Below are positions 13,056 to 31,391 of a DNA stretch of 64,000 nucleotides, piece by piece. This stretch comes from Balanoglossus misakiensis (lineage: Eukaryota; Animalia; Hemichordata). The notes below the pieces were generated by a model, which was not told the DNA's origin, ran no database searches, and saw only the letters and a list, made by a program, of their open reading frames with translations. A program made the translations under genes and the position numbers. Every line of letters starts with the position of its first letter. The first letter of the stretch is position 1. The DNA lies in contig CM082577.2 in the NCBI GenBank assembly GCA_040954595.2, positions 19,132,303-19,196,302 on the forward strand. The letters are read 5' to 3'.

Positions 13056-13688
13056 CCCTTTGAACCTCGCTCGGAGGTTTACCGCCGCAGGATGACCTTT
13101 TGACCCCTAATTTTTCAATATGCTGACGTCAAGGCATTTTCCCGCCGACATTGTAAATCCAGCCATATGAAAGCAAGTTAGAAAGCTAGGGGACCCTAAT
13201 GTGACCTTCCAAATGACTTGAAATCGATTCCTATGCGAGCGACTACATAAAAAATAGTGATATCCAAGCAGCGATTTTTAGCGAAAGTTGACAGAGATTT
13301 AAAAATTGCGACCCGACGACAGTTACGCAATGATCCATTGCAAGACGAGGATGCTTTCTGGGCTCATTTTGACCGAGTACTAGTAGATAGTAGCTCAGAA
13401 AGTGAAGATGAAGAACAAGACCAGCCTGACATCGTTACGGACCAAGATGGTGACCCCAACCGCGCGAACGATGAAGAAGAATTTGAGCTAGAGCCCGCGA
13501 TCCAGCCACCCCCACCAGTTCGGCAACGAGTGAGAAGACTGCCCCGAGCCCGCGAAGTAAACCCACCACCTATGATATGGCAGGACAACATAATAAACGG
13601 TAGGCAGGCTCCCATTTATAATCAACGACGTGGACCGACGAGACAAATGCCAGCTGACAGTACACCATTAGATTATTTTCGGACATAA
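13056..13688 (+). mobile_element. piggyBac 5' fragment (U4)
   Basis: Copy of the U1 fragment, 'ELEPAIQPPPP' allele. Confidence 0.78.
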
Positions 13689-14893
13689 AGTCATCGTCAT
13701 CGTCGTGTCGTGTCACAATCATTATTTTGGACATATGCTTACTGTGTGATGAAAGGTGAGAGCGCAGTCAAAAGGTCGGGCTGAATAATACAGAGACTCT
13801 GAAAATATTGTACCTTATTCTTATCAAACACGTTGATGGATATTTTGACAATTGTGACATGTGAACATTTACAAAAAAATGAAATAAATTTGCTTCAAAC
13901 TCATTGGCAAAACAAGGACATGGAGTTGCTGTATATTTGTTATTATTGTGATATATAGGTGAGAAATATATTGGAAAATGTCTTCATTACAAAAATATGT
14001 CGTGAAATTATTGACTAGCAAGAACCATGTGTATATGTATGGCCAAGGGGAAATTTTTAACTTCTAGTTCTGAACATTAACGTTATTGCTCAGGCTACTG
14101 TAACCACATTCAAATAATACATACAATTTTCTGTTGCACCAGTGCTTTGACCTTACAGTAATTAATTACTACTACACAGGTCAGGAACACTGAGAAGGCG
14201 GCCTTAAATTATGCATTTGGTATTGGTACATTTCGGATATATCTAAATTGTACCAATTTTAGTCTAGAAATATGTATACCTTAGGTAGCTTTTGTTTTCA
14301 AACAAATGGTTCATTAGGTATACCTAAATTATGGTTCATTTGGTATACCTATTTATGGCAAAACGACCAAATCCAAGATTTTTTTTCCAACCGAATGAGG
14401 CATTTCAGGAATACCTAAATAGTACCTTTTCAATCGAAAAAGTATACTTTTGGTATACCAATTAGTAAATTTAAAGACCAAATCTGGACTACCTAAGGTA
14501 GCCCTTTTTTAAAGCAATAGGTACATTTTAAGTATACCTAAATAGTACCTATTTAGTCCGGGAAAGTATACCTTAGGTATATTTCTAGTGTACTAGAATT
14601 TCGTAAGGGTGTTCCTGCACACCACCCTATTGCTGCACAATTCCTGCACAGGCTACCCTATTGCTGCACAGTTCCTGCACACAGGCCATCTTACTACTGC
14701 ACAGTTCTTGCAGACTGTCCTATTCCTGCACAGTTACTGCTTGCCTTGTTCCTGCACTAGTGCAGCAACACCTCATTTGCATGTGAAAAAGTCGCCTTGC
14801 AGCAGAGCTGCAGCAACTTTCTATTGCACCGGTGCTGCAACCTTGTGGTATTGCTACTGCACCAGTGCAGCAACACTGTGCAGGAGGCCTTAA

Positions 14894-15469
14894 AGGTCCC
14901 ATGTCATGCTTTGGAAAGTTTTCATTTTTCCACGTCAAAAGCTCACCTAGGGTACCTGTCTATGCATTGCCTATTGTGTCGGTTCCGAAAAATGTGCGCA
15001 AATGCCGGAATTTGCCCCCTTTTTTCATGCCTGTGATCAGGGAGCCACTTCGCACTCGAGCCAGGCGAAGGTATTTGCATATGGACAAACAAGTACACTA
15101 TGTCGTAGTGTACCATTCTGTTTACAGTAAAGTGTAATTAGCGGTCCATGAGTAATTAAGTCCACAGACAAAGACAAGCTATATAAACAGTGTTCAAAGC
15201 AAAGGAAGCCCTTGCCTCACATTGCAGGCAGAGGATTTACAAAGGTGTGAAAGACTATTTGTCCACATCAAGATAAGTCTTCGGCTTAACTTCGAAAAGC
15301 CGAAAAAAATCGACTGAGTTGGGTTAGGGGTACACGCCCACCCGCCACTTTTACTTGCTTGTTATCTAAGCACAAGGGGCAAAACGCATTGCAAGATAGT
15401 AACATACGTTAACTTCAAGACCCAAATAGTGATTTTACGCGTGGTTGTATAGGGCATGGCATGGGACCT
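14894..15469. mobile_element. MITE-576 copy (U4)
   Basis: Same TIRs, TSD and site. Confidence 0.9.
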
Positions 15470-15818
15470 TTAAATTTTCATAAGGGCTATAGGTATGCAC
15501 ATAATTAATGATGTTTGAATATGATACTAGAAATGTACAGTACACTGATACACTGATCAGCTGACCTTTTGTTTACGCATACGCCATTGCTCCGTTCTCG
15601 ATCTGTCTCCGAGTCTGAATTTTTCGCACCTATAGATTTTAAAGATTTTTGAAGTCTGCAAATTCATTGGCATTGACAAAACTATAACATAATAAGTATA
15701 ATGTACGCCCCATAATGTACTCGGCATTCGCCTCGCACATTATGTTGCACAATGTGTGCTTTCGTCCATTATGGGTCTTCGGGGCGTACATTATTCTCTA
15801 ACCAATGATCATTGCTCA

Positions 15819-16297
<479 letters not shown>

Positions 16298-16476
16298 CTG
16301 TTGAGGGTAAAGTAGAGAACACAAGTGATTTGGCTTACAGACTGACCAACACACACGTGGACAAGGGTGTTATGTCCATGAAAATCTACCTAAATATGTA
16401 CATTCGCAATGGCAGAATTCATGAATGTTCCTGCAAACATCTTCAAAGAGCTACCTTGACTACCCAGTGACATTAA

Positions 16477-17109
16477 CCCTTTGAACCCCGCTCAGAGGTT
16501 TACCGCCGCAGGATGACCTTTTGACCCCTAATTTTTCAATATGCTGACGTCAAGGCATTTTCCCGCCGACATTGTAAATCCAGCCATATGAAAGCAAGTT
16601 AGAAAGCTAGGGGACCCTAATGTGACCTTCCAAATGACTTGAAATCGATTCCTATGCGAGCGACTACATAAAAAATAGTGATATCCAAGCAGCCATTTTT
16701 AGCGAAAGTTGACAGAGATTTAAAAATTGCGACCCGACAACAGTTACGCAATGATCCATTGCAAGACGAGGATGCTTTCTGGGCTCATTTTGACCGAGTA
16801 CTAGTAGATAGTAGCTCAGAAAGTGAAGATGAAGAACAAGACCAGCCTGACATCGTTACGGACCAAGATGGTGACCCCAACCGCGCGAACGATGAAGAAG
16901 AATTTGAGCCAGAGCCCGCGATCCAGCTACCCCCAACAGTTCGGCAACGAGTGAGAACACTGCCCTGTGCCCGCGAAGGAAACCCACCACCTATGATATG
17001 GCAGGGCAACATAATAAACAGTAGGCAGGCTCCTATTTATAATCAACGACGTGGACCGACTTGACAAATGCCAGCTGACAGTACACCATTAGATTATTTT
17101 CGGACATAA
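16477..17109 (+). mobile_element. piggyBac 5' fragment (U5)
   Basis: Copy with premature TGA after RRGPT. Confidence 0.78.
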
Positions 17110-17636
17110 AGTCATCGTCATCGTCGTGTCGTGTCACAATCATTATTTTGGACATATGCTTACTGTGTGATGAAAGGTGAGAGCGCAGTCAAAAGGTCGG
17201 GCTGAATAATACAGAGACTCTGAAAATATTGTACCTAATTCTTATCAAACACGTTGATGGATATTTTGACAATTGTGACATGTAAACATTTACAAAAAAA
17301 TGAAATAAATTTGCTTCAAACTCATTGGCAAAACAAGGACATGGAGTTGCTGTATATTTGTTATTATTGTGATATATAGGTGAGAAATATATTGAAAAAT
17401 GTCTTCATTACAAAAATATGTCGTGAAATTATTGACTAGCAAGAACCATGTGTATATGTATGGCCAAGGGGAAATTTTTAACTTCTAGTTCTGAACATTA
17501 ACGTTATTGCGCAGGCTACTGTAACCACATTCAAATAATACATACAATTTTCTGTTGCACCAGTGCTTTGACCTTACAGTAATTAATTACTACTACACAG
17601 GTCAGGAACACTGAGAAGGCGGCCTTAAATTATGCA

Positions 17637-18030
17637 TTTGGTATTGGTACATTTCGGATATATCTAAATTGTACCAATTTTAGTCTAGAAATATGTATAC
17701 CTTAGGTAGCTTTTGTTTTCAAACAAATGGTTCATTAGGTATACCTAAATTATGGTTCATTTGGTATACCTATTTATGGCAAAACGACCAAATCCAAGAT
17801 TTTTTTTCCAACCGAATGAGGCATTTCAGGAATACCTAAATAGTACCTTTTCAATCGAAAAAGTATACTTTTGGTATACCAATTAGTAAATTTAAAGACC
17901 AAATCTGGACTACCTAAGGTAGCCCTTTTTCAAAGCAATAGGTACATTTTAAGTATACCTAAATAGTACCTATTTAGTCCGGGAAAGTATACCTTAGGTA
18001 TATTTCTAGTGTACTAGAATTTCGTAAGGG
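17637..18030. repeat. GGTAC/GGTATAC-rich subrepeat element ending AATTTCGTAAGGG (representative uninterrupted copy, U5); probable DNA-transposon end
   Basis: Repeated AGGTATACCT/TAGTACCT motifs in both orientations. It hosts the MITE-795 insertion in A-type units. Confidence 0.5.
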
Positions 18031-18657
18031 TGTTCCTGCACACCACCCTATTGCTGCACAATTCCTGCACAGGCTACCCTATTGCTGCACAGTTCCTGCA
18101 CAGGCCATCTTACTACTGCACAGTTCTTGCAGACTGTCCTATTCCTGCACAGTTACTGCTTGCCTTGTTCCTGCACTAGTGCAGCAACACCTCATTTGCA
18201 TGCGAAAAAGTCGCCTTGCAGCAGAGCTGCAGCAACTTTCTATTGCACCGGTGCTGCAACCTTGTGGTATTGCTACTGCACCAGTGCAGCAACACTGTGC
18301 AGGAGGCCTTAAATTTTCATAAGGGCTATAGGTATGCACATAATTAATGATGTTTGAATATGATACTAGAAATGTACAGTACACTGATACACTGATCAGC
18401 TGACCTTTTGTTTACGCATACGCCATTGCTCCGTTCTCGATCTGTCTCCGAGTCTGAATTTTTCGCACCTATAGATTTTAAAGATTTTTGAAGTCTGCAA
18501 ATTCACTGGCATTGACAAAACTATAACATAATAAGTATAATGTACGCCCCATAATGTACTCGGCATTCGCCTCGCACATTATGTTGCACAATGTGTGCTT
18601 TCGTCCATTATGGGTCTTCGGGGCGTACATTATTCTCTAACCAATGATCATTGCTCA

Positions 18658-19136
<479 letters not shown>

Positions 19137-19321
19137 CTGTTGAGGGTAAAGTAGAGAACACATCGTCAAGTGATTTGGCTTACAGACTGACCAACACACA
19201 CGTGGACAAGGGTGTTATGTCCATGAAAATCTACCTAAATATGTACATTCGCAATGGCAGAATTCATGAATGTTCCTGCAAACATCTTCAAAGAGCTACC
19301 TTGACTACCCAGTGACATTAA

Positions 19322-19954
19322 CCCTTTGAACCCCGCTCAGAGGTTTACCGCCGCAGGATGACCTTTTGACCCCTAATTTTTCAATATGCTGACGTCAAGG
19401 CATTTTCCCGCCGACATTGTAAATCCAGCCATATGAAAGCAAGTTAGAAAGCTAGGGGACCCTAATGTGACCTTCCAAATGACTTGAAATCGATTCCTAT
19501 GCGAGCGACTACATAAAAAATAGTGATATCCAAGCAGCGATTTTTAGCGAAAGTTGACAGAGATTTAAAAATTGCGACCCGACAACAGTTACGCAATGAT
19601 CCATTGCAAGACGAGGATGCTTTCTGGGCTCATTTTGACCGAGTACTAGTAGATAGTAGCTCAGAAAGTGAAGATGAAGAACAAGACCAGCCTGACATCG
19701 TTACGGACCAAGATGGTGACCCCAACCGCGCGAACGATGAAGAAGAATTTGAGCCAGAGCCCGCGATCCAGCTACCCCCAACAGTTCGGCAACGAGTGAG
19801 AACACTGCCCTGTGCCCGCGAAGGAAACCCACCACCTATGATATGGCAGGGCAACATAATAAACGGTAGGCAGGCTCCTATTTATAATCAACGACGTGGA
19901 CCGACTTGACAAATGCCAGCTGACAGTACACCATTAGATTATTTTCGGACATAA
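19322..19954 (+). mobile_element. piggyBac 5' fragment (U6)
   Basis: Copy with premature TGA after RRGPT. Confidence 0.78.
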
Positions 19955-21502
19955 AGTCATCGTCATCGTCGTGTCGTGTCACAATCATTATTTTGGACAT
20001 ATGCTTACTGTGTGATGAAAGGTGAGAGCGCAGTCAAAAGGTCGGGCTGAATAATACAGAGACTCTGAAAATATTGTACCTAATTCTTATCAAACACGTT
20101 GATGGATATTTTGACAATTGTGACATGTAAACATTTACAAAAAAATGAAATAAATTTGCTTCAAACTCATTGGCAAAACAAGGACATGGAGTTGCTGTAT
20201 ATTTGTTATTATTGTGATATATAGGTGAGAAATATATTGAAAAATGTCTTCATTACAAAAATATGTCGTGAAATTATTGACTAGCAAGAACCATGTGTAT
20301 ATGTATGGCCAAGGGGAAATTTTTAACTTCTAGTTCTGAACATTAACGTTATTGCGCAGGCTACTGTAACCACATTCAAATAATACATACAATTTTCTGT
20401 TGCACCAGTGCTTTGACCTTACAGTAATTAATTACTACTACACAGGTCAGGAACACTGAGAAGGCGGCCTTAAATTATGCATTTGGTATTGGTACATTTC
20501 GGATATATCTAAATTGTACCAATTTTAGTCTAGAAATATGTATACCTTAGGTAGCTTTTGTTTTCAAACAAATGGTTCATTAGGTATACCTAAATTATGG
20601 TTCATTTGGTATACCTATTTATGGCAAAACGACCAAATCCAAGATTTTTTTTCCAACCGAATGAGGCATTTCAGGAATACCTAAATAGTACCTTTTCAAT
20701 CGAAAAAGTATACTTTTGGTATACCAATTAGTAAATTTAAAGACCAAATCTGGACTACCTAAGGTAGCCCTTTTTCAAAGCAATAGGTACATTTTAAGTA
20801 TACCTAAATAGTACCTATTTAGTCCGGGAAAGTATACCTTAGGTATATTTCTAGTGTACTAGAATTTCGTAAGGGTGTTCCTGCACACCACCCTATTGCT
20901 GCACAATTCCTGCACAGGCTACCCTATTGCTGCACAGTTCCTGCACAGGCCATCTTACTACTGCACAGTTCTTGCAGACTGTCCTATTCCTGCACAGTTA
21001 CTGCTTGCCTTGTTCCTGCACTAGTGCAGCAACACCTCATTTGCATGCGAAAAAGTCGCCTTGCAGCAGAGCTGCAGCAACTTTCTATTGCACCGGTGCT
21101 GCAACCTTGTGGTATTGCTACTGCACCAGTGCAGCAACACTGTGCAGGAGGCCTTAAATTTTCATAAGGGCTATAGGTATGCACATAATTAATGATGTTT
21201 GAATATGATACTAGAAATGTACAGTACACTGATACACTGATCAGCTGACCTTTTGTTTACGCATACGCCATTGCTCCGTTCTCGATCTGTCTCCGAGTCT
21301 GAATTTTTCGCACCTATAGATTTTAAAGATTTTTGAAGTCTGCAAATTCACTGGCATTGACAAAACTATAACATAACAAGTATAATGTACGCCCCATAAT
21401 GTACTCGGCATTCGCCTCGCACATTATGTTGCACAATGTGTGCTTTCGTCCATTATGGGTCTTCGGGGCGTACATTATTCTCTAACCAATGATCATTGCT
21501 CA

Positions 21503-21981
<479 letters not shown>

Positions 21982-22166
21982 CTGTTGAGGGTAAAGTAGA
22001 GAACACATCGTCAAGTGATTTGGCTTACAGACTGACCAACACACACGTGGACAAGGGTGTTATGTCCATGAAAATCTACCTAAATATGTACATTCGCAAT
22101 GGCAGAATTCATGAATGTTCCTGCAAACATCTTCAAAGAGCTACCTTGACTACCCAGTGACATTAA

Positions 22167-22289
22167 CCCTTTGAACCTCGCTCGGAGGTTTACCGCCGCA
22201 GGATGACCTTTTGACCCCTAATTTTTCAATATGCTGACGTCAAGGCATTTTCCCGCCGACATTGTAAATCCAGCCATATGAAAGCAAGT
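22167..22289 (+). mobile_element. piggyBac 5' terminus only, 513-bp deletion allele (U7)
   Basis: Same AAGT junction as U3. Confidence 0.75.
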
Positions 22290-23491
22290 CATCGTCATCG
22301 TCGTGTCGTGTCACAATCATTATTTTGGACATATGCTTACTGTGTGATGAAAGGTGAGAGCGCAGTCAAAAGGTCGGGCTGAATAATACAGAGACTCTGA
22401 AAATATTGTACCTTATTCTTATCAAACACGTTGATGGATATTTTGACAATTGTGACATGTGAACATTTACAAAAAAATGAAATAAATTTGCTTCAAACTC
22501 TTTGGCAAAACAAGGACATGGAGTTGCTGTATATTTGTTATTATTGTGATATATAGGTGAGAAATATATTGGAAAATGTCTTCATTACAAAAATATGTCG
22601 TGAAATTATTGACTAGCAAGAACCATGTGTATATGTATGGCCAAGGGGAAATTTTTAACTTCTAGTTCTGAACATTAACGTTATTGCGCAGGCTACTGTA
22701 ACCACATTCAAATAATACATACAATTTTCTGTTGCACCAGTGCTTTGACCTTACAGTAATTAATTACTACTACACAGGTCAGGAACACTGAGAAGGCGGC
22801 CTTACATTATGCATTTGGTATTGGTACATTTCGGATATATCTAAATTGTACCAATTTTAGTCTAGAAATATGTATACCTTAGGTAGCTTTTGTTTTCAAA
22901 CAAATGGTTCATTAGGTATACCTAAATTATGGTTCATTTGGTATACCTATTTATGGCAAAACGACCAAATCCAAGATTTTTTTTCCAACCGAATGAGGCA
23001 TTTCAGGAATACCTAAATAGTACCTTTTCAATCGAAAAAGTATACTTTTGGTATACCAATTAGTAAATTTAAAGACCAAATCTGGACTACCTAAGGTAGC
23101 CCTTTTTTAAAGCAATAGGTACATTTTAAGTATACCTAAATAGTACCTATTTAGTCCGGGAAAGTATACCTTAGGTATATTTCTAGTGTACTAGAATTTC
23201 GTAAGGGTGTTCCTGCACACCACCCTATTGCTGCACAATTCCTGCACAGGCTACCCTATTGCTGCACAGTTCCTGCACACAGGCCATCTTACTACTGCAC
23301 AGTTCTTGCAGACTGTCCTATTCCTGCACAGTTACTGCTTGCCTTGTTCCTGCACTAGTGCAGCAACACCTCATTTGCATGTGAAAAAGTCGCCTTGCAG
23401 CAGAGCTGCAGCAACTTTCTATTGCACCGGTGCTGCAACCTTGTGGTATTGCTACTGCACCAGTGCAGCAACACTGTGCAGGAGGCCTTAA

Positions 23492-24067
23492 AGGTCCCAT
23501 GTCATGCTTTGGAAAGTTTTCATTTTTCCACGTCAAAAGCTCACCTAGGGTACCTGTCTATGCATTGCCTATTGTGTCGGTTCCGAAAAATGTGCGCAAA
23601 TGCCGGAATTTGCCCCCTTTTTTCATGCCTGTGATCAGGGAGCCACTTCGCACTCGAGCCAGGCGAAGGTATTTGCATATGGACAAACAAGTACACTATG
23701 TCCTGGTGTACCATTCTGTTTACAGTAAAGTGTAATTAGCGGTCCATGAGTAATTAAGTCCACAGACAAAGACAAGCTATATAAACAGTGTTCAAAGCAA
23801 AGGAAGCCCTTGCCTCACATTGCAGGCAGAGGATTTACAAAGGTGTGAAAGACTATTTGTCCACATCAAGATAAGTCTTCGGCTTAACTTCGAAAAGCCG
23901 AAAAAAATCGACTGAGTTGGGTTAGGGGTACACGCCCACCCGCCACTTTTACTTGCTTGTTATCTAAGCACAAGGGGCAAAACGCATTGCAAGATAGTAA
24001 CATACGTTAACTTCAAGACCCAAATAGTGATTTTACGCGTGGTTGTATAGGGCATGGCATGGGACCT
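23492..24067. mobile_element. MITE-576 copy (U7)
   Basis: Same TIRs, TSD and site. Confidence 0.9.
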
Positions 24068-24416
24068 TTAAATTTTCATAAGGGCTATAGGTATGCACAT
24101 AATTAATGATGTTTGAATATGATACTAGAAATGTACAGTACACTGATACACTGATCAGCTGACCTTTTGTTTACGCATACGCCATTGCTCCGTTCTCGAT
24201 CTGTCTCCGAGTCTGAATTTTTCGCACCTATAGATTTTAAAGATTTTTGAAGTCTGCAAATTCATTGGCATTGACAAAACTATAACATAATAAGTATAAT
24301 GTACGCCCCATAATGTACTCGGCATTCGCCTCGCACATTATGTTGCACAATGTGTGCTTTCGTCCATTATGGGTCTTCGGGGCGTACATTATTCTCTAAC
24401 CAATGATCATTGCTCA

Positions 24417-24895
<479 letters not shown>

Positions 24896-25074
24896 CTGTT
24901 GAGGGTAAAGTAGAGAACACAAGTGATTTGGCTTACAGACTGACCAACACACACGTGGACAAGGGTGTTATGTCCATGAAAATCTACCTAAATATGTACA
25001 TTCGCAATGGCAGAATTCATGAATGTTCCTGCAAACATCTTCAAAGAGCTACCTTGACTACCCAGTGACATTAA

Positions 25075-25707
25075 CCCTTTGAACCCCGCTCAGAGGTTTA
25101 CCGCCGCAGGATGACCTTTTGACCCCTAATTTTTCAATATGCTGACGTCAAGGCATTTTCCCGCCGACATTGTAAATCCAGCCATATGAAAGCAAGTTAG
25201 AAAGCTAGGGGACCCTAATGTGACCTTCCAAATGACTTGAAATCGATTCCTATGCGAGCGACTACATAAAAAATAGTGATATCCAAGCAGCCATTTTTAG
25301 CGAAAGTTGACAGAGATTTAAAAATTGCGACCCGACAACAGTTACGCAATGATCCATTGCAAGACGAGGATGCTTTCTGGGCTCATTTTGACCGAGTACT
25401 AGTAGATAGTAGCTCAGAAAGTGAAGATGAAGAACAAGACCAGCCTGACATCGTTACGGACCAAGATGGTGACCCCAACCGCGCGAACGATGAAGAAGAA
25501 TTTGAGCCAGAGCCCGCGATCCAGCTACCCCCAACAGTTCGGCAACGAGTGAGAACACTGCCCTGTGCCCGCGAAGGAAACCCACCACCTATGATATGGC
25601 AGGGCAACATAATAAACAGTAGGCAGGCTCCTATTTATAATCAACGACGTGGACCGACTTGACAAATGCCAGCTGACAGTACACCATTAGATTATTTTCG
25701 GACATAA
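25075..25707 (+). mobile_element. piggyBac 5' fragment (U8)
   Basis: Copy with premature TGA. Confidence 0.78.
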
Positions 25708-27255
25708 AGTCATCGTCATCGTCGTGTCGTGTCACAATCATTATTTTGGACATATGCTTACTGTGTGATGAAAGGTGAGAGCGCAGTCAAAAGGTCGGGC
25801 TGAATAATACAGAGACTCTGAAAATATTGTACCTAATTCTTATCAAACACGTTGATGGATATTTTGACAATTGTGACATGTAAACATTTACAAAAAAATG
25901 AAATAAATTTGCTTCAAACTCATTGGCAAAACAAGGACATGGAGTTGCTGTATATTTGTTATTATTGTGATATATAGGTGAGAAATATATTGAAAAATGT
26001 CTTCATTACAAAAATATGTCGTGAAATTATTGACTAGCAAGAACCATGTGTATATGTATGGCCAAGGGGAAATTTTTAACTTCTAGTTCTGAACATTAAC
26101 GTTATTGCGCAGGCTACTGTAACCACATTCAAATAATACATACAATTTTCTGTTGCACCAGTGCTTTGACCTTACAGTAATTAATTACTACTACACAGGT
26201 CAGGAACACTGAGAAGGCGGCCTTAAATTATGCATTTGGTATTGGTACATTTCGGATATATCTAAATTGTACCAATTTTAGTCTAGAAATATGTATACCT
26301 TAGGTAGCTTTTGTTTTCAAACAAATGGTTCATTAGGTATACCTAAATTATGGTTCATTTGGTATACCTATTTATGGCAAAACGACCAAATCCAAGATTT
26401 TTTTTCCAACCGAATGAGGCATTTCAGGAATACCTAAATAGTACCTTTTCAATCGAAAAAGTATACTTTTGGTATACCAATTAGTAAATTTAAAGACCAA
26501 ATCTGGACTACCTAAGGTAGCCCTTTTTCAAAGCAATAGGTACATTTTAAGTATACCTAAATAGTACCTATTTAGTCCGGGAAAGTATACCTTAGGTATA
26601 TTTCTAGTGTACTAGAATTTCGTAAGGGTGTTCCTGCACACCACCCTATTGCTGCACAATTCCTGCACAGGCTACCCTATTGCTGCACAGTTCCTGCACA
26701 GGCCATCTTACTACTGCACAGTTCTTGCAGACTGTCCTATTCCTGCACAGTTACTGCTTGCCTTGTTCCTGCACTAGTGCAGCAACACCTCATTTGCATG
26801 CGAAAAAGTCGCCTTGCAGCAGAGCTGCAGCAACTTTCTATTGCACCGGTGCTGCAACCTTGTGGTATTGCTACTGCACCAGTGCAGCAACACTGTGCAG
26901 GAGGCCTTAAATTTTCATAAGGGCTATAGGTATGCACATAATTAATGATGTTTGAATATGATACTAGAAATGTACAGTACACTGATACACTGATCAGCTG
27001 ACCTTTTGTTTACGCATACGCCATTGCTCCGTTCTCGATCTGTCTCCGAGTCTGAATTTTTCGCACCTATAGATTTTAAAGATTTTTGAAGTCTGCAAAT
27101 TCACTGGCATTGACAAAACTATAACATAATAAGTATAATGTACGCCCCATAATGTACTCGGCATTCGCCTCGCACATTATGTTGCACAATGTGTGCTTTC
27201 GTCCATTATGGGTCTTCGGGGCGTACATTATTCTCTAACCAATGATCATTGCTCA

Positions 27256-27734
<479 letters not shown>

Positions 27735-27913
27735 CTGTTGAGGGTAAAGTAGAGAACACAAGTGATTTGGCTTACAGACTGACCAACACACACGTGGACA
27801 AGGGTGTTATGTCCATGAAAATCTACCTAAATATGTACATTCGCAATGGCAGAATTCATGAATGTTCCTGCAAACATCTTCAAAGAGCTACCTTGACTAC
27901 CCAGTGACATTAA

Positions 27914-28546
27914 CCCTTTGAACCCCGCTCAGAGGTTTACCGCCGCAGGATGACCTTTTGACCCCTAATTTTTCAATATGCTGACGTCAAGGCATTTTCC
28001 CGCCGACATTGTAAATCCAGCCATATGAAAGCAAGTTAGAAAGCTAGGGGACCCTAATGTGACCTTCCAAATGACTTGAAATCGATTCCTATGCGAGCGA
28101 CTACATAAAAAATAGTGATATCCAAGCAGCGATTTTTAGCGAAAGTTGACAGAGATTTAAAAATTGCGACCCGACAACAGTTACGCAATGATCCATTGCA
28201 AGACGAGGATGCTTTCTGGGCTCATTTTGACCGAGTACTAGTAGATAGTAGCTCAGAAAGTGAAGATGAAGAACAAGACCAGCCTGACATCGTTACGGAC
28301 CAAGATGGTGACCCCAACCGCGCGAACGATGAAGAAGAATTTGAGCCAGAGCCCGCGATCCAGCTACCCCCAACAGTTCGGCAACGAGTGAGAACACTGC
28401 CCTGTGCCCGCGAAGGAAACCCACCACCTATGATATGGCAGGGCAACATAATAAACGGTAGGCAGGCTCCTATTTATAATCAACGACGTGGACCGACTTG
28501 ACAAATGCCAGCTGACAGTACACCATTAGATTATTTTCGGACATAA
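27914..28546 (+). mobile_element. piggyBac 5' fragment (U9)
   Basis: Copy with premature TGA. Confidence 0.78.
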
Positions 28547-30094
28547 AGTCATCGTCATCGTCGTGTCGTGTCACAATCATTATTTTGGACATATGCTTAC
28601 TGTGTGATGAAAGGTGAGAGCGCAGTCAAAAGGTCGGGCTGAATAATACAGAGACTCTGAAAATATTGTACCTAATTCTTATCAAACACGTTGATGGATA
28701 TTTTGACAATTGTGACATGTAAACATTTACAAAAAAATGAAATAAATTTGCTTCAAACTCATTGGCAAAACAAGGACATGGAGTTGCTGTATATTTGTTA
28801 TTATTGTGATATATAGGTGAGAAATATATTGAAAAATGTCTTCATTACAAAAATATGTCGTGAAATTATTGACTAGCAAGAACCATGTGTATATGTATGG
28901 CCAAGGGGAAATTTTTAACTTCTAGTTCTGAACATTAACGTTATTGCGCAGGCTACTGTAACCACATTCAAATAATACATACAATTTTCTGTTGCACCAG
29001 TGCTTTGACCTTACAGTAATTAATTACTACTACACAGGTCAGGAACACTGAGAAGGCGGCCTTAAATTATGCATTTGGTATTGGTACATTTCGGATATAT
29101 CTAAATTGTACCAATTTTAGTCTAGAAATATGTATACCTTAGGTAGCTTTTGTTTTCAAACAAATGGTTCATTAGGTATACCTAAATTATGGTTCATTTG
29201 GTATACCTATTTATGGCAAAACGACCAAATCCAAGATTTTTTTTCCAACCGAATGAGGCATTTCAGGAATACCTAAATAGTACCTTTTCAATCGAAAAAG
29301 TATACTTTTGGTATACCAATTAGTAAATTTAAAGACCAAATCTGGACTACCTAAGGTAGCCCTTTTTCAAAGCAATAGGTACATTTTAAGTATACCTAAA
29401 TAGTACCTATTTAGTCCGGGAAAGTATACCTTAGGTATATTTCTAGTGTACTAGAATTTCGTAAGGGTGTTCCTGCACACCACCCTATTGCTGCACAATT
29501 CCTGCACAGGCTACCCTATTGCTGCACAGTTCCTGCACAGGCCATCTTACTACTGCACAGTTCTTGCAGACTGTCCTATTCCTGCACAGTTACTGCTTGC
29601 CTTGTTCCTGCACTAGTGCAGCAACACCTCATTTGCATGCGAAAAAGTCGCCTTGCAGCAGAGCTGCAGCAACTTTCTATTGCACCGGTGCTGCAACCTT
29701 GTGGTATTGCTACTGCACCAGTGCAGCAACACTGTGCAGGAGGCCTTAAATTTTCATAAGGGCTATAGGTATGCACATAATTAATGATGTTTGAATATGA
29801 TACTAGAAATGTACAGTACACTGATACACTGATCAGCTGACCTTTTGTTTACGCATACGCCATTGCTCCGTTCTCGATCTGTCTCCGAGTCTGAATTTTT
29901 CGCACCTATAGATTTTAAAGATTTTTGAAGTCTGCAAATTCACTGGCATTGACAAAACTATAACATAACAAGTATAATGTACGCCCCATAATGTACTCGG
30001 CATTCGCCTCGCACATTATGTTGCACAATGTGTGCTTTCGTCCATTATGGGTCTTCGGGGCGTACATTATTCTCTAACCAATGATCATTGCTCA

Positions 30095-30573
<479 letters not shown>

Positions 30574-30758
30574 CTGTTGAGGGTAAAGTAGAGAACACAT
30601 CGTCAAGTGATTTGGCTTACAGACTGACCAACACACACGTGGACAAGGGTGTTATGTCCATGAAAATCTACCTAAATATGTACATTCGCAATGGCAGAAT
30701 TCATGAATGTTCCTGCAAACATCTTCAAAGAGCTACCTTGACTACCCAGTGACATTAA

Positions 30759-31391
30759 CCCTTTGAACCCCGCTCGGAGGTTTACCGCCGCAGGATGACC
30801 TTTTGACCCCTAATTTTTCAATATGCTGACGTCAAGGCATTTTCCCGCCGACATTGTAAATCCAGCCATATGAAAGCAAGTTAGAAAGCTAGGGGACCCT
30901 AATGTGACCTTCCAAATGACTTGAAATCGATTCCTATGCGAGCGACTACATAAAAAATAGTGATATCCAAGCAGCGATTTTTAGCGAAAGTTGACAGAGA
31001 TTTAAAAATTGCGACCCGACGACAGTTACGCAATGATCCATTGCAAGACGAGGATGCTTTCTGGGCTCATTTTGACCGAGTACTAGTAGATAGTAGCTCA
31101 GAAAGTGAAGATGAAGAACAAGACCAGCCTGACATCGTTACGGACCAAGATGGTGACCCCAACCGCGCGAACGATGAAGAAGAATTTGAGCTAGAGCCCG
31201 CGATCCAGCCACCCCCACCAGTTCGGCAACGAGTGAGAAGACTGCCCCGAGCCCGCGAAGTAAACCCACCACCTATGATATGGCAGGACAACATAATAAA
31301 CGGTAGGCAGGCTCCCATTTATAATCAACGACGTGGACCGACGAGACAAATGCCAGCTGACAGTACACCATTAGATTATTTTCGGACATAA
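30759..31391 (+). mobile_element. piggyBac 5' fragment (U10)
   Basis: ELE allele copy. Confidence 0.78.
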